From positions 853 to 64,852 of the forward strand of contig CAZYBH010000004.1 in NCBI GenBank assembly GCA_964645315.1: a stretch of 64,000 nucleotides of DNA. The letters are read 5' to 3'. Positions 46,615 to 56,776 of the stretch are shown here, in pieces. Position 1 is the first letter of the stretch. Every line of letters starts with the position of its first letter. Source of the stretch: an uncultured Candidatus Saccharibacteria bacterium (GTDB taxonomy: Bacteria > Patescibacteriota > Minisyncoccia > Phycocordibacterales > PALSA-1337). Both the position numbers and the translations under genes were made by a program. The notes under the pieces are model-generated. The model searched no databases, was not told the DNA's origin, and saw only the letters and a program-made list of their open reading frames with translations.

Positions 46615-48144
46615 CTACCTCGCAAACTCGATTGTTCTAGTTTCACGAATGACGATAACTTTGATTTCACCAGGGTATTTGAGATCTTTTTCGATTTTGA
46701 GGGCTATATCTCGAGCTAGTGTTTTGGATTCTACATCGCCCAATTCTTCTGGTTTAACGAAAATACGTATTTCACGGCCAGCTTGTAGCGCATATGTCTT
46801 TTCTATTCCTGGGAATGAATTTGCCAATGCTTCTAGATCTGCAAGTCTCTTGAGGTAGTTTTCGATATTGTCTCTTCTTGCTCCTGGCCTTGCTCCAGAT
46901 ATAGCATCTGCGGTCTGGACTATGCGTGATTCGACGGTCTCATAAGGATATTCTTCATGATGAGCTTGCATGGCCTTGATAATATCTTCTGAGGCACCGA
47001 ATTTTTGTAATATACGACGACCGATCTCGACGTGAGTTCCAGCGACTTCATGATCGAGAGCCTTACCTATATCATGAAGTAGGGCACCGGCCTTTGCTAC
47101 ATGGACATTTGCTCCGAGCTCTTCTGCTATCATGCCGGCTATATGAGCCATCTCAACAGAGTGTTGTAAGACATTTTGACCGAAGCTTGTGCGGAAGTGC
47201 AAACGACCAAGGACAAGTAATATCCTTGGATCAAGACCGATAACTCCGCAATCATATGCAGCTTGTTCACCTTTTTCTTTGATTGTTTTGTTTATGTCTT
47301 GTTTTGCTTTTTCTACGATTTGCTCGATTTTGGCTGGTTGGATACGGCCATCTTTGATAAGTTCGGCTAAAGCAAGCTTTGCTACATGCCTTCTTACTGG
47401 GTCAAATGAAGATATTGTGATAGCTCCAGGTGTATCGTCGACCAAAACTTCGACTCCAGTTATCCTTTCGAAAGCTTTGATATTTCTACCTTCCTTTCCA
47501 ATAATCTTACCCTTTATATCATCGCTTGGAATCTCGAGGGTTGTGGACATGACATCTTGAGCCACTGATGAAGCAAGTCTTTGGATGGAAATAGCCAAGA
47601 TATCTTTTGCTTTTTGGGCAAGCATATCCTCACCCTGATTTTCGAGCTTATTTAGCCTTACCATTATGTCTTCTTCATGTTGTTTCTCGGCAAGCTTAAT
47701 AATCTGCTCTCTAGCTTCTTCGGTGGTCAATTTTGCTATGCGTTCTAATTCTTGCTTTCTTTCTTCTTCCAATTTATCGGTTTTCTCTCGAATAGCCTTG
47801 ATTTCGGCTACTCTCTGCTTGATCATTTCCACCTCTTTGTCTATATCTGATTGACGTTTGTCCAAAAGATCCTCTCTTTTCATGAGGCGATCTTCGGTTT
47901 GGTGGATTTTATCTTCTTTTTCTTTGATTTCTAACCTTGCATCATCGTGGATTTTGGTGGCTTTGGCTTCTGCATCGGCGGTGATCTTCTTGGCTTCTTC
48001 TTTGGCTGCAAGGAGCATCTCTTTGATCTCTAGCTCCATCGAACCCTTTTTGCCCAATGATATGATCAAACGCAAATAGTAACCAATAGCTACACCTGCT
48101 ATTCCAGCAATGGAAAGGTAAAGTGCGACTAATTTGAGTGACAT
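46615..48144 (-). CDS. rny: Ribonuclease Y
   Basis: N-terminal TM anchor, coiled coil, KH domain (IGKEGRNIKAFERITGV), HD domain (HSVEMAHIAGMIAEELG...LLHDIGK). Confidence 0.93.
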   Translation of the reverse strand: MSLKLVALYLSIAGIAGVAIGYYLRLIISLGKKGSMELEIKEMLLAAKEEAKKITADAEAKATKIHDDARLEIKEKEDKIHQTEDRLMKREDLLDKRQSDIDKEVEMIKQRVAEIKAIREKTDKLEEERKQELERIAKLTTEEAREQIIKLAEKQHEEDIMVRLNKLENQGEDMLAQKAKDILAISIQRLASSVAQDVMSTTLEIPSDDIKGKIIGKEGRNIKAFERITGVEVLVDDTPGAITISSFDPVRRHVAKLALAELIKDGRIQPAKIEQIVEKAKQDINKTIKEKGEQAAYDCGVIGLDPRILLVLGRLHFRTSFGQNVLQHSVEMAHIAGMIAEELGANVHVAKAGALLHDIGKALDHEVAGTHVEIGRRILQKFGASEDIIKAMQAHHEEYPYETVESRIVQTADAISGARPGARRDNIENYLKRLADLEALANSFPGIEKTYALQAGREIRIFVKPEELGDVESKTLARDIALKIEKDLKYPGEIKVIVIRETRTIEFAR

Positions 48145-48466
48145 ATTCGGTTGGATTCGCCAAAAGCGAACTTCTATTGTGAATGTAACTTATGATCTTT
48201 TATGAAGGTTTCAAAATCAATATATTTCATAGGTTTATAACAATTTCAGTTCGTTAAAGCGATATCAAAATTAAAATTTAGTAACAAATTCATCTTATAA
48301 CTAAATGGAGTTATTGTCTAGTTTTTGTGATTTATAGGTAGGGTATGGAGGTATTTTCTTTGATTGTGGTTGAGAAAAATACTACTTCCGAACTTTACAT
48401 ACGGAAACTTGAAAAAAAGCGTCACATGATATATGATATGTCAATAAGCTTAATTATATAAATAAT

Positions 48467-49048
48467 ATGTTAATCCCTACAGTCATAGAAAAATCAAGTT
48501 TTGGCGAGCGAGCATACGATATATATTCGAGGCTTCTTCGAGATAATATTATTTTCTTGGGTGGCCCTATAGATGATCATTCAGCAAATCTTATTATTGC
48601 ACAGTTGCTATTCTTGCAATCCGAAGATCCAAAGAAAGACATTTATCTATATATCAATTCTCCAGGAGGCTCCGTAACATCGACATTGGCTATTATCGAT
48701 ACAATGAATCATATAAAGAACGACATATATACTGTTTGTGTCGGTATCGCTGCTTCTGGTGCTGCTTTGATCCTTTCATCTGGCACAAAAGGCAAGAGGA
48801 TGGCTTTACCAAATTCTGAAGTGATGATCCATCAGCCACTTGGTGGGGCAGAAGGTCAAGCTTCTGATATTGAGATTAGTGCAAAGCATATCTTGAAGAC
48901 AAGATCATCTCTAAATAAGCTCTTGGCAAAGAATACTGGTCAAAGTCTTTCAAGAATTGAGAAAGATGTCGATCGTGACTTCTTCATGGATGCAGAAGAA
49001 GCGAAGAAATACGGTATTATCGATCAGGTAGCATCAGTCAAGAAATAA
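48467..49048 (+). CDS. clpP: ATP-dependent Clp protease proteolytic subunit
   Basis: Catalytic triad context GxSxxG (AASGAALI) ... MIHQPLGG; [10 protein letters not shown] motif. Confidence 0.95.
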   Translation: MLIPTVIEKSSFGERAYDIYSRLLRDNIIFLGGPIDDHSANLIIAQLLFLQSEDPKKDIYLYINSPGGSVTSTLAIIDTMNHIKNDIYTVCVGIAASGAALILSSGTKGKRMALPNSEVMIHQPLGGAEGQASDIEISAKHILKTRSSLNKLLAKNTGQSLSRIEKDVDRDFFMDAEEAKKYGIIDQVASVKK

Positions 49049-49053
49049 TAAAT

Positions 49054-49755
49054 ATGAGATTACACCGTTTCTATTTATCAGAGAAAATAGGTGATAGAAA
49101 AGAGGTGGCGATAAACTCGGCAGACTTTATTCATCAAGTCGGTCGAGTTTTTCGCTTGAATGTAGGTGATTTGATAATATTATTTGATGGTTCGGGAAGT
49201 GATTTTATTTCTACGATCAAAAATTTATCCAAAAGCGAAATAATTCTTGAAATAGTAGAAATCAGACCGAGCGAATACATGCCGAGTAAGAGAGTTTTTC
49301 TATTTCAGTCAATTATAAAGAAGGATAAATTTGAATGGGTAGTAGAAAAAGCTGCTGAGCTAGGAATTACTGATATTGTGCCAGTATTATCGGAAAGAAG
49401 TGAGAAAAAAGACTTGAATTTATATAGATTGAATAAAATAGCGATCGAAGCTAGTGAACAATGTCATAGAGGTGATGTGCCGGTAATCCATAATCCTATG
49501 AAATTAGATCTCGCAATCAGAAATAATTTTGATTGCAATATGGTGGTTATGCACATGGTCGGTGAAAATTTGTCTCTTATGAGGTTAAATCTGGCAAAAA
49601 GTGATATTGGAGTTTTCATAGGTCCTGAAGGAGGCTGGTCTCCTAGAGAATTGGAGATGTTTCACAGTGCAAATATACCTATATATAGCTTGGGTAAACA
49701 GGTTTTGAGAGCAGAAACAGCTTCAGTCTCTACTCTTTCTTTGTTAATGTTATAG
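49054..49755 (+). CDS. rsmE: 16S rRNA (uracil1498-N3)-methyltransferase RsmE family
   Basis: MRLHRFYL N-terminus; PUA-like N-domain; SPOUT C-terminal motifs (FIGPEGGWSPREL). Confidence 0.85.
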   Translation: MRLHRFYLSEKIGDRKEVAINSADFIHQVGRVFRLNVGDLIILFDGSGSDFISTIKNLSKSEIILEIVEIRPSEYMPSKRVFLFQSIIKKDKFEWVVEKAAELGITDIVPVLSERSEKKDLNLYRLNKIAIEASEQCHRGDVPVIHNPMKLDLAIRNNFDCNMVVMHMVGENLSLMRLNLAKSDIGVFIGPEGGWSPRELEMFHSANIPIYSLGKQVLRAETASVSTLSLLML

Positions 49756-49851
49756 CTTTTTTATTTTTCACTGGATAAAGTTTCACAAATACTTAGTATT
49801 TTTGATTTTGATAAATATCATTTTCATGTAAAATGATTGAGGAGGTTTCAC

Positions 49852-50094
49852 ATGATCGACATTGCAAGAATTACCAAAACTCTGCGCGAAGAAGGGTGTA
49901 CGGATGGTGTGATGCGGGAGGTGGTTCAATACTGCGAGAACCATCCTTCGGTATCACTTGCCGACATCGGTCGTTTTTTGAATACGATTGCTGCAAGGAA
50001 TGGGTATTCGGATTATCATGCGTTCGCGAGTCATGGATTTCGTCCTATCAAACGTGATGAACGTCTTGTTACGAAGATCTATTCTCCTGCGTGA
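49852..50094 (+). CDS. Small protein (80 aa) encoded in a GC-rich island; unknown function
   Basis: ATG at 49852 with a GAGGAGG Shine-Dalgarno 7 nt upstream. Local GC is about 50% versus roughly 33% in the flanks. Codons such as GCG/CGC/CGG are atypical for this genome. Followed by GC-rich hairpins (50095-50150). Confidence 0.4.
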   Translation: MIDIARITKTLREEGCTDGVMREVVQYCENHPSVSLADIGRFLNTIAARNGYSDYHAFASHGFRPIKRDERLVTKIYSPA

Positions 50095-50151
50095 TACTCC
50101 GCAGGTTTACAGTGTGCGCACAAAGCGGGATTTGATCCCGCTTTTGTTTTC

Positions 50152-51228
50152 CTACTTAACCCCCTCCAACATTGCAAATACCTTCTCATTTGTAAGCACG
50201 GTCTCGGCATATATGGCAGCGCGTTCGCGATCCGCATCTTTGTAGTGTTCGACAATATGATTTACTTCTTCATCAATCTCTTTTTGATCTGGCCTTATCT
50301 TTTCTGCGGAAGCGATAGAATTTAGAATGATTTGGAGCTTAGCTTTCTTTTCGGCATGAGGTGCCCAATCTTTTCTGATTTCATCTAGAGATTTTTTGGC
50401 ATGTTTGAGATAATCTTCAAGCTTGACGCCCATTCTTTCGATATCGCTTTCAAATTGAGCTTGGGTTCGGTCGATTTCGCTTTGAATCATGATTTCTGGT
50501 ATCTCTACAGATGTTTTTTCGGCAATAGCATCAGCAATCTTGATCCTGGTCTTTTCTTTTGCTTCATCGGTCTTATTTTGTCCGATCATTTCTCTAACTT
50601 TGGTCTTGAAGTCAGCGATATCTTTGAAATCACCCAAGGTCCTGACAAATTCATCATTAAATTCTGGTAGAGAATCCATAATGACTTTTTCATGTTCTTC
50701 TGGAGTCAATTTGTCATGATCATGATCTTCATGTGAGACTCTAGACTTTCGAATCTTCAATATAGCTTCATCGACATCCTTATCTTCTACTTTTATTTCA
50801 TTTTTTGATTCTTTTGTTGCTATATCTTTTGCAATCTTCTTGTAATCAGGAAGTTTAACTTCTGGCATAACAGCAGTTACGGCTTTGAATTCCAAAGGAT
50901 TACCATGAGCCAATTTTGTAATTTGGACCTGAGGTTTGCCGATAGCATCTATTTGATTGTCTATGACGATCTGAATATAGACTTTTGATAGGGCAATTTC
51001 TGCCATTTCTTCATTGATGACCTGTTCACCGACTTTACTTATAAGAATGTTTTCTGGCACCATGCCCTTGCGGAAACCGTCGATGGTAACAGTTTCATTA
51101 ATGTTTTTTAGGGCTTTATTTCTATTTTGCTCCCAAAATGAAGCGGGAATTGAAGCGACAATCTCGATTTGAGATTTATCAAGCTTAGTTATTTTTAGAT
51201 TTTCGTAGTTTTTATTTGTATTTGTCAT
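50152..51228 (-). CDS. tig: Trigger factor (short form)
   Basis: N-terminal ribosome-binding signature TIDGFRKGMVP; C-terminal chaperone arm. About 358 aa from the MTNTNK start, shorter than the typical ~430 aa. Confidence 0.82.
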   Translation of the reverse strand: MTNTNKNYENLKITKLDKSQIEIVASIPASFWEQNRNKALKNINETVTIDGFRKGMVPENILISKVGEQVINEEMAEIALSKVYIQIVIDNQIDAIGKPQVQITKLAHGNPLEFKAVTAVMPEVKLPDYKKIAKDIATKESKNEIKVEDKDVDEAILKIRKSRVSHEDHDHDKLTPEEHEKVIMDSLPEFNDEFVRTLGDFKDIADFKTKVREMIGQNKTDEAKEKTRIKIADAIAEKTSVEIPEIMIQSEIDRTQAQFESDIERMGVKLEDYLKHAKKSLDEIRKDWAPHAEKKAKLQIILNSIASAEKIRPDQKEIDEEVNHIVEHYKDADRERAAIYAETVLTNEKVFAMLEGVK

Positions 51229-51270
51229 GAAGGCCAGTCTATAGCAAGATTTGCTACTTGGCAAGTAAAC

Positions 51271-51299
51271 AAAAAACTGACATATTTTGTCAGTTTTTT
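51271..51299. terminator. Bidirectional intrinsic terminator (perfect 12-bp stem AAAAAACTGACA / TGTCAGTTTTTT)
   Basis: Perfect stem with a 5-nt loop and flanking A/T runs; sits between the 51319-51699 gene and the tig start. Confidence 0.7.
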
Positions 51300-51318
51300 G
51301 CTTTGATTTTGATAAAAA

Positions 51319-51699
51319 TTAAATTCCGGTCGAGTCTAAGCCCTTAATAGAGGCATTTAGATCACTTTGCAAGCTATCTACATCATCTTTTGTATTTGTG
51401 ATAGGGGTCAAAGTCTCTTGTGGAACTACGGCCTTGCTTGTTGTATCACTTACAACAGTATTTACATTTGCACCGGTCTGGGCCTGTTCATTTGTAGGGC
51501 TAACTACGGTGTATCTTGAAGAATACATATATATAGCAACGGCTATAATCACGACTACCGCAACAGCAATAGCGATGATCGGTCCAACTTTCTTTGGGTG
51601 ACTTGCATATTGCAATGGTTCTGGAGCAGGGCTTGGACTAGGTGCTGGAGATTGTGGCATTTGATAATTTTGATTTGATGACATATTTTGTGGGTCCAT
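51319..51699 (-). CDS. Bitopic membrane protein with a Pro-rich N-terminus and a single TM (IIAIAVAVVVIIAVAIYMY)
   Basis: Hydropathy and composition only. Confidence 0.5.
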   Translation of the reverse strand: MDPQNMSSNQNYQMPQSPAPSPSPAPEPLQYASHPKKVGPIIAIAVAVVVIIAVAIYMYSSRYTVVSPTNEQAQTGANVNTVVSDTTSKAVVPQETLTPITNTKDDVDSLQSDLNASIKGLDSTGI

Positions 51700-51716
51700 A
51701 TATTTATTTAATTAAA

Positions 51717-52697
51717 TTATTGATTTGTTGAACCAGTACTTGTACTAGGAGATTGACTTGGCTGTGTCTCTGGTCGGTCATTTCTTGGTGGATTCATACC
51801 AGAAATCTTGGCCAAAGCAACAACAGAATCATTTAGAGCTTTGTGAGCATCTTTTATGGCCATTTGAGCTTTTTCGACTAATTCTCTAACTGGACCCAAA
51901 GCTACTACTTTGAATGGAATCTTGCAGTTTTGCTGAGTTGAAGTGCTTGCATTGTTTTTGTTTAGACAAGGTGCGGGGCAGGTAGAATCCGTACAGTTTG
52001 CTGTTGTTGTACTTACTGCGGAATTTTCTGGCTTATATGCTTTGACCGCATCTACCGCACTCTTTGCTATAGCGAGTTTTTCATCTGCAATTTTGAGTAG
52101 ATTGTTGACTGAAGACATGTCTTTGTTTGAATTTCTATCCTTTTCTACTCTTGCCTGAATTCTTTTTCTCAATTCTGAGAGATTTCTTAGGGCAATATCG
52201 AGATTTTTTGTAACTTCATCTCTCTTTTGTTTGAGATTATCCAAGGCCATTTCTTTGACTTGTTCTCTTCGATCTTGTGGATCGTCTCTTCGGTCTTGTC
52301 TTTCATCTTGCCTATCTTCTCTTCGATCTTGCCTGTCTTCGATCCTCTCTTTCATGTTTTGGAATCGAGTGGATGTGCTTGTTGAAGCCAACTTCTGAAG
52401 CATTGGAGGTCTGCCTAGAGGTCCTCGAGGAGATGTTGTGGCTATTTTGTAGCCATTTTCGATCATTTGATTTCTAAATTCTTGATTGTTCTTTGCATTT
52501 TGCATCTTTGAATCAAGATCGGCCCTAATCTTCTCCCTGATTTGTGGGGGATTGACTGGTCTTGAGTCTAGGGTATTGGAAATACCAGTTGCTCCAGTCG
52601 TTTCAATGAGACTTTGAGCATTGGAGACCTTTGTACTTACTAATATTGATAATACTGCTAATAATACGAAACCTATAGGACTTGTTTTTATTTTCAT
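51717..52697 (-). CDS. Secreted protein with an RQD/RED charged repeat region and predicted coiled coils
   Basis: Signal peptide MKIKTSPIGFVLLAVLSILVSTKVSNAQS; repeats RQDRREDRQDERQDRRDDPQDRRE. Confidence 0.5.
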   Translation of the reverse strand: MKIKTSPIGFVLLAVLSILVSTKVSNAQSLIETTGATGISNTLDSRPVNPPQIREKIRADLDSKMQNAKNNQEFRNQMIENGYKIATTSPRGPLGRPPMLQKLASTSTSTRFQNMKERIEDRQDRREDRQDERQDRRDDPQDRREQVKEMALDNLKQKRDEVTKNLDIALRNLSELRKRIQARVEKDRNSNKDMSSVNNLLKIADEKLAIAKSAVDAVKAYKPENSAVSTTTANCTDSTCPAPCLNKNNASTSTQQNCKIPFKVVALGPVRELVEKAQMAIKDAHKALNDSVVALAKISGMNPPRNDRPETQPSQSPSTSTGSTNQ

Positions 52698-52750
52698 ATA
52701 TATAATTGCCCATGAATAACATGGTTTAGTCTATTGTAACATTTCCAAAC

Positions 52751-52780
52751 AAAAAATCCCCGAATACTGGGGATTCTTTG
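52751..52780 (-). terminator. Intrinsic terminator after hppA
   Basis: AATCCCC-gaatact-GGGGATT hairpin; on the - strand it is followed by a T-run. Confidence 0.6.
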
Positions 52781-52798
52781 TTCTAATTTTGTAACAAA

Positions 52799-54784
52799 CT
52801 AGATAAGGAAAGCGACGATAAGTAGAGCAACAATGTTTAGGATCTTAATCATTGGATTGATAGCAGGTCCTGCTGTATCCTTGTATGGATCTCCGACTGT
52901 ATCTCCGGTGACTGCTGCTTTGTGAGCATCAGAGCCTTTTCCTCCATGATTGCCTTGCTCGATATGCTTCTTTGCATTATCCCAAGCACCTCCACCTGAA
53001 GTCATGGAAATCGCTACGAATAGACCAGTGATAATTGATCCGACCAAGAGACCGCCAAGAGCGATTGGTCCCAAGACGAAACCTACTACTATTGGAGCTA
53101 GGACTGGTATAAGAGCAGGAGCGATCATTTCTTTTATTGCTCCGCTTGTGACGATATCGACACATCGAGCATAATCTGGCTTTGCTGTTCCTTGCATTAT
53201 GCCCTTGATCTCACGGAACTGACGACGGACTTCATCGACGACTTTGCCTGCAGCTTTTCCTACAGCTTCCATACATAGAGCAGCGAAGTAATAAGGTAAT
53301 AGGCCTCCAATGAATAGACCAACAATAACCTTTGGATCACTTAGATTGAAGGTAATGTTTGAACCAATAGCTTCTGTATATGAGGCAAACAAGACAAGAG
53401 CGGCAAGTCCGGCAGAACCGATAGCATAACCCTTTGTAACGGCCTTTGTTGTGTTTCCGACTGCATCAAGAGGGTCAGTAATATCACGGATTTCTTTTGG
53501 AAGATCGGACATTTCTGCAATACCTCCAGCGTTATCTGTGATAGGTCCGTATGAGTCGATAGCAACGATGATACCCGCCATCGAAAGCATACTCATAGCG
53601 GCAATAGCGATACCGTAGAGACCGGCGAAATGATACGCAGCTAGAATACCAGCAACAATAGTAATCAAAGGCCAAGCGGTAGATTTCATAGAAATGGCCA
53701 AACCTTGGATAATGTTTGTTCCATGTCCAGAATTTGAAGCTTGAGCAATAGATTTTACAGGATAGTATTTTGTTGAGGTGTAATATTCTGTAATGAATAC
53801 TAATAGGGCTGTAACAATGAGACCAACAAGAGTTGTACCATATAGATTTAGGACGCTATAAGTACCGTTGCCCTTCATCATGACATTTGTAGTTGGGTAG
53901 AAAGCAAGAGCAGAAAGGATACCTGAAGCGATGAGTCCTTTGTACATAGCACCCATGATGTTTTGAGATTTGCCCAATTTGACAAACCAAGTACCGATAA
54001 TTGATGCAAATATTGCTATTGCACCCAAAGCCAGAGGGTAAAGAATAGCACTATCAAATGATTTGAATATTGTCGCACCCAAGATCATTGCAGCAATTGT
54101 AGTTACGGCATATGTCTCAAATAGGTCTGCGGCCATACCAGCACAGTCACCGACATTGTCACCGACATTGTCTGCGATAACACCAGGATTTCTTGGATCA
54201 TCTTCTGGAATACCAGCCTCTACTTTTCCGACTAAGTCTGTACCGACATCGGCTGCCTTTGTGAATATACCTCCACCAAGTCTAGCGAAGACGGAGATAA
54301 GACTAGAACCGAAAGCAAGACCAATCATTGAATCGACGTCTTTTGTGAAAGCATAGAATGCTGTTACACCCAAAAGAGCAAGACCTACGACTAGAAGTCC
54401 TGTAACGGATCCGCCCTTGAAAGCCAATGATAGGGCATTGCCAAGGCCGTGTTTTGCAGCCTCCGCAGTCCTAACATTTGTGCGGACTGATACATTCATG
54501 CCAATATAACCAGCCAAAGCCGATAATACAGCACCGACTACGAAACCGATGGCGATCTTGATGTCTAGGAAAATCCAAAGGACAATGAAGAGCACCAAAG
54601 CGATAATTGTAATGGTCTTGTACTGGCGATTTAGATAAGCTTTTGCTCCGGCCTGGATAGCGGAAGCGATTTCTCTCATCTTTTCGTTACCAGCAGGCTT
54701 TTTCATGATTGTTGAAACCAAGAAAAGTCCGTAAACGATTGCAATAATCGAAGCGATTAATGCGAAAATTTCTGACGTTTGCAT
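52799..54784 (-). CDS. hppA: Membrane-bound proton- or sodium-translocating pyrophosphatase (H+-PPase)
   Basis: About 15 TM; signature motifs [24 protein letters not shown] and [10 protein letters not shown]; 661 aa. Confidence 0.95.
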   Translation of the reverse strand: MQTSEIFALIASIIAIVYGLFLVSTIMKKPAGNEKMREIASAIQAGAKAYLNRQYKTITIIALVLFIVLWIFLDIKIAIGFVVGAVLSALAGYIGMNVSVRTNVRTAEAAKHGLGNALSLAFKGGSVTGLLVVGLALLGVTAFYAFTKDVDSMIGLAFGSSLISVFARLGGGIFTKAADVGTDLVGKVEAGIPEDDPRNPGVIADNVGDNVGDCAGMAADLFETYAVTTIAAMILGATIFKSFDSAILYPLALGAIAIFASIIGTWFVKLGKSQNIMGAMYKGLIASGILSALAFYPTTNVMMKGNGTYSVLNLYGTTLVGLIVTALLVFITEYYTSTKYYPVKSIAQASNSGHGTNIIQGLAISMKSTAWPLITIVAGILAAYHFAGLYGIAIAAMSMLSMAGIIVAIDSYGPITDNAGGIAEMSDLPKEIRDITDPLDAVGNTTKAVTKGYAIGSAGLAALVLFASYTEAIGSNITFNLSDPKVIVGLFIGGLLPYYFAALCMEAVGKAAGKVVDEVRRQFREIKGIMQGTAKPDYARCVDIVTSGAIKEMIAPALIPVLAPIVVGFVLGPIALGGLLVGSIITGLFVAISMTSGGGAWDNAKKHIEQGNHGGKGSDAHKAAVTGDTVGDPYKDTAGPAINPMIKILNIVALLIVAFLI

Positions 54785-55009
54785 TTTATTAATTGTTACT
54801 ATTAATTAAACAATATGACGGATTTTAGCAGAAATTAGGCCATTTGTTATATTGACACAGTATATATTATGTATTGCCGTTATTTAAATAAAATTTCATT
54901 TTTCAAAAAAATTCTATATTTTTATGAAAGTTTTTTATTACAATAAAATATTATTTCTGAATAGATTTCATTTTAATTACTAATGATATAATTATCCTGC
55001 CTGCCAAAG

Positions 55010-55366
55010 ATGCAAAACAATATGATAAACAAAAATAACACTTTGGTTTCGAAGCACGAGCTTTTGGATTATGTATCCAAGAGAGATTTCAACGATTTTG
55101 TCGAAGAAATGAGAGATTTTAGGGATGTTACTGGTACTAGATTCAATTCAGTAGATATAAGGTTTGAATCTATAGAAAGAAGACTAGATTCAATCGAAAG
55201 GAGACTAGATAACCTCGAAAGAAGATTTGATGAATTAAAAAATGACTTTAGGATTCAAGTTGGGGCAGTACTCGATCAATTCAAAGAAAATATGAAGATA
55301 AATATGGAGTATATGCAGGGATTAGAATCCAGACTCTTGCTCAAGATCGGCGAAAGATATTCATGA
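55010..55366 (+). CDS. Small coiled-coil protein with RRLD heptad repeats
   Basis: ERRLDSIERRLDNLERRFDELK repeats; no other motif. Confidence 0.45.
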   Translation: MQNNMINKNNTLVSKHELLDYVSKRDFNDFVEEMRDFRDVTGTRFNSVDIRFESIERRLDSIERRLDNLERRFDELKNDFRIQVGAVLDQFKENMKINMEYMQGLESRLLLKIGERYS

Positions 55367-55424
55367 TCCAAAACTACAAACAAAAAAGGCTCTAAGCCTT
55401 TTTTGTGAATATTCTATTACTAGA

Positions 55425-56582
55425 TTATTTTGTGTTCTCTTCGGTTTCAGGTAGCTCTATTTCTTCTGCACTACCTATAGCTTTTATGTCTATCTTCCAG
55501 CCAGTAAGTTTTGCTGCTAAGCGTACATTTTGGCCACCTTTACCGATAGCTAGAGATTGTTCATCTTCGGTAACAGTAACTATTGCTTTGTGGTCTTTCT
55601 CATCAAGTTCAAGTGATACTACTTCTGCTGGTGATAGAGCCTCTTCGATAAATAGGGCAGGATCTTCATTCCACTCTACTATATCGATTTTTTCTCCAGA
55701 TAGTTCGCTTGTAACTGTTGTAACTCTGACGCCTCTTTGACCAACCATAGAACCTATTGGGTCGATATGAGAATCATGAGAAATTACGGCAATCTTGGAT
55801 CTAGAGCCTGGTTCGCGAGCAATGCTCTTTATTTCGACTATACCAGAAGCGATTTCTGGTGTTTCTGTTTCAAATAGCTTTGCTAAGAATTTTGGATGAG
55901 CTCTTGAGAGCTTGAGAACGATGCCTTTTGGAGATTCTTCTACGGCATATAGATATGCGCGGATTCTGTCTCCAGTCTTCCAGTGTTCGGATGGGATCTG
56001 TTCTTCGTAAGGTATAAGGCCCAAAGCTCGTCCCATATCGACATAGATCACACCTCTTTCTACTCTTTCGACTGTACCGACGACTATTTGACCCTCTTTT
56101 TCGCCATATTCTCCCATAACTGAGACTTTTTCGGCTTCGCGGATCTTTTGAATTATGACCTGTTTTGCTGTTTGAGCGGCAATTCTTCCGAAATCAGCTT
56201 TATTTTCGAGTGGGAAGATTATTTCATCTCCAACTACTGCATCACGCTTGATCCTTTGTGCATCTTCAAGAAGCATGTGCTGTTCTGGATTAAAGCGGAT
56301 CTTGATATCTTCAAGATTTGCATCTTTGAGATTTTCTTCCACTTCTTCATCGCCCTCCATGATGACTTGGTTGCGGTCTACTACTATTTTGACCTGCCAA
56401 AACTCGACACTTCCAGAATTATTGTCGAAAGAGGCGCGTACTATCTGGCCTTTTTTGCCGTACTCTTTTTTGTAAGCTGTGGCAAGAGCCATAGAAATAG
56501 CTTCTAGGCTTTTTTCCCTAGGGATACCACGCTCTTCTTCGAGCTGTTGTACGACAGAATTTATTACTTTTAGATCGAACAT
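55425..56582 (-). CDS. nusA: Transcription termination/antitermination factor NusA (without C-terminal AR repeats)
   Basis: N-terminal domain, S1 domain, KH1/KH2 (GSRSKIAVISHDSHIDPIGSMVGQRGVRV ... GKGGQNVRLAAKLTGWKIDI). Confidence 0.95.
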   Translation of the reverse strand: MFDLKVINSVVQQLEEERGIPREKSLEAISMALATAYKKEYGKKGQIVRASFDNNSGSVEFWQVKIVVDRNQVIMEGDEEVEENLKDANLEDIKIRFNPEQHMLLEDAQRIKRDAVVGDEIIFPLENKADFGRIAAQTAKQVIIQKIREAEKVSVMGEYGEKEGQIVVGTVERVERGVIYVDMGRALGLIPYEEQIPSEHWKTGDRIRAYLYAVEESPKGIVLKLSRAHPKFLAKLFETETPEIASGIVEIKSIAREPGSRSKIAVISHDSHIDPIGSMVGQRGVRVTTVTSELSGEKIDIVEWNEDPALFIEEALSPAEVVSLELDEKDHKAIVTVTEDEQSLAIGKGGQNVRLAAKLTGWKIDIKAIGSAEEIELPETEENTK

Positions 56583-56776
56583 ATTTAGTTTTTATTTAAT
56601 TGTTATTTAATTGTAAGTTTGTTAATTGACCTATTAACAAAAGATTCGCCACAAGGCGAACTTCATACTCCTATAGTGTATCACAAATATTAGAAAAAGC
56701 AATACCTGGAGGATGTCTGACATTCTAGGAGAATCCCCAAGAGATTTAATTTTTTATATTTGATATAATTGTTACG

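Noticed and set aside
47189-48163. Several + strand ORFs (62-123 aa) within rny
   Set aside because: They are antisense to a confidently identified RNase Y gene and are Ser/Leu/Ile-rich shadows.
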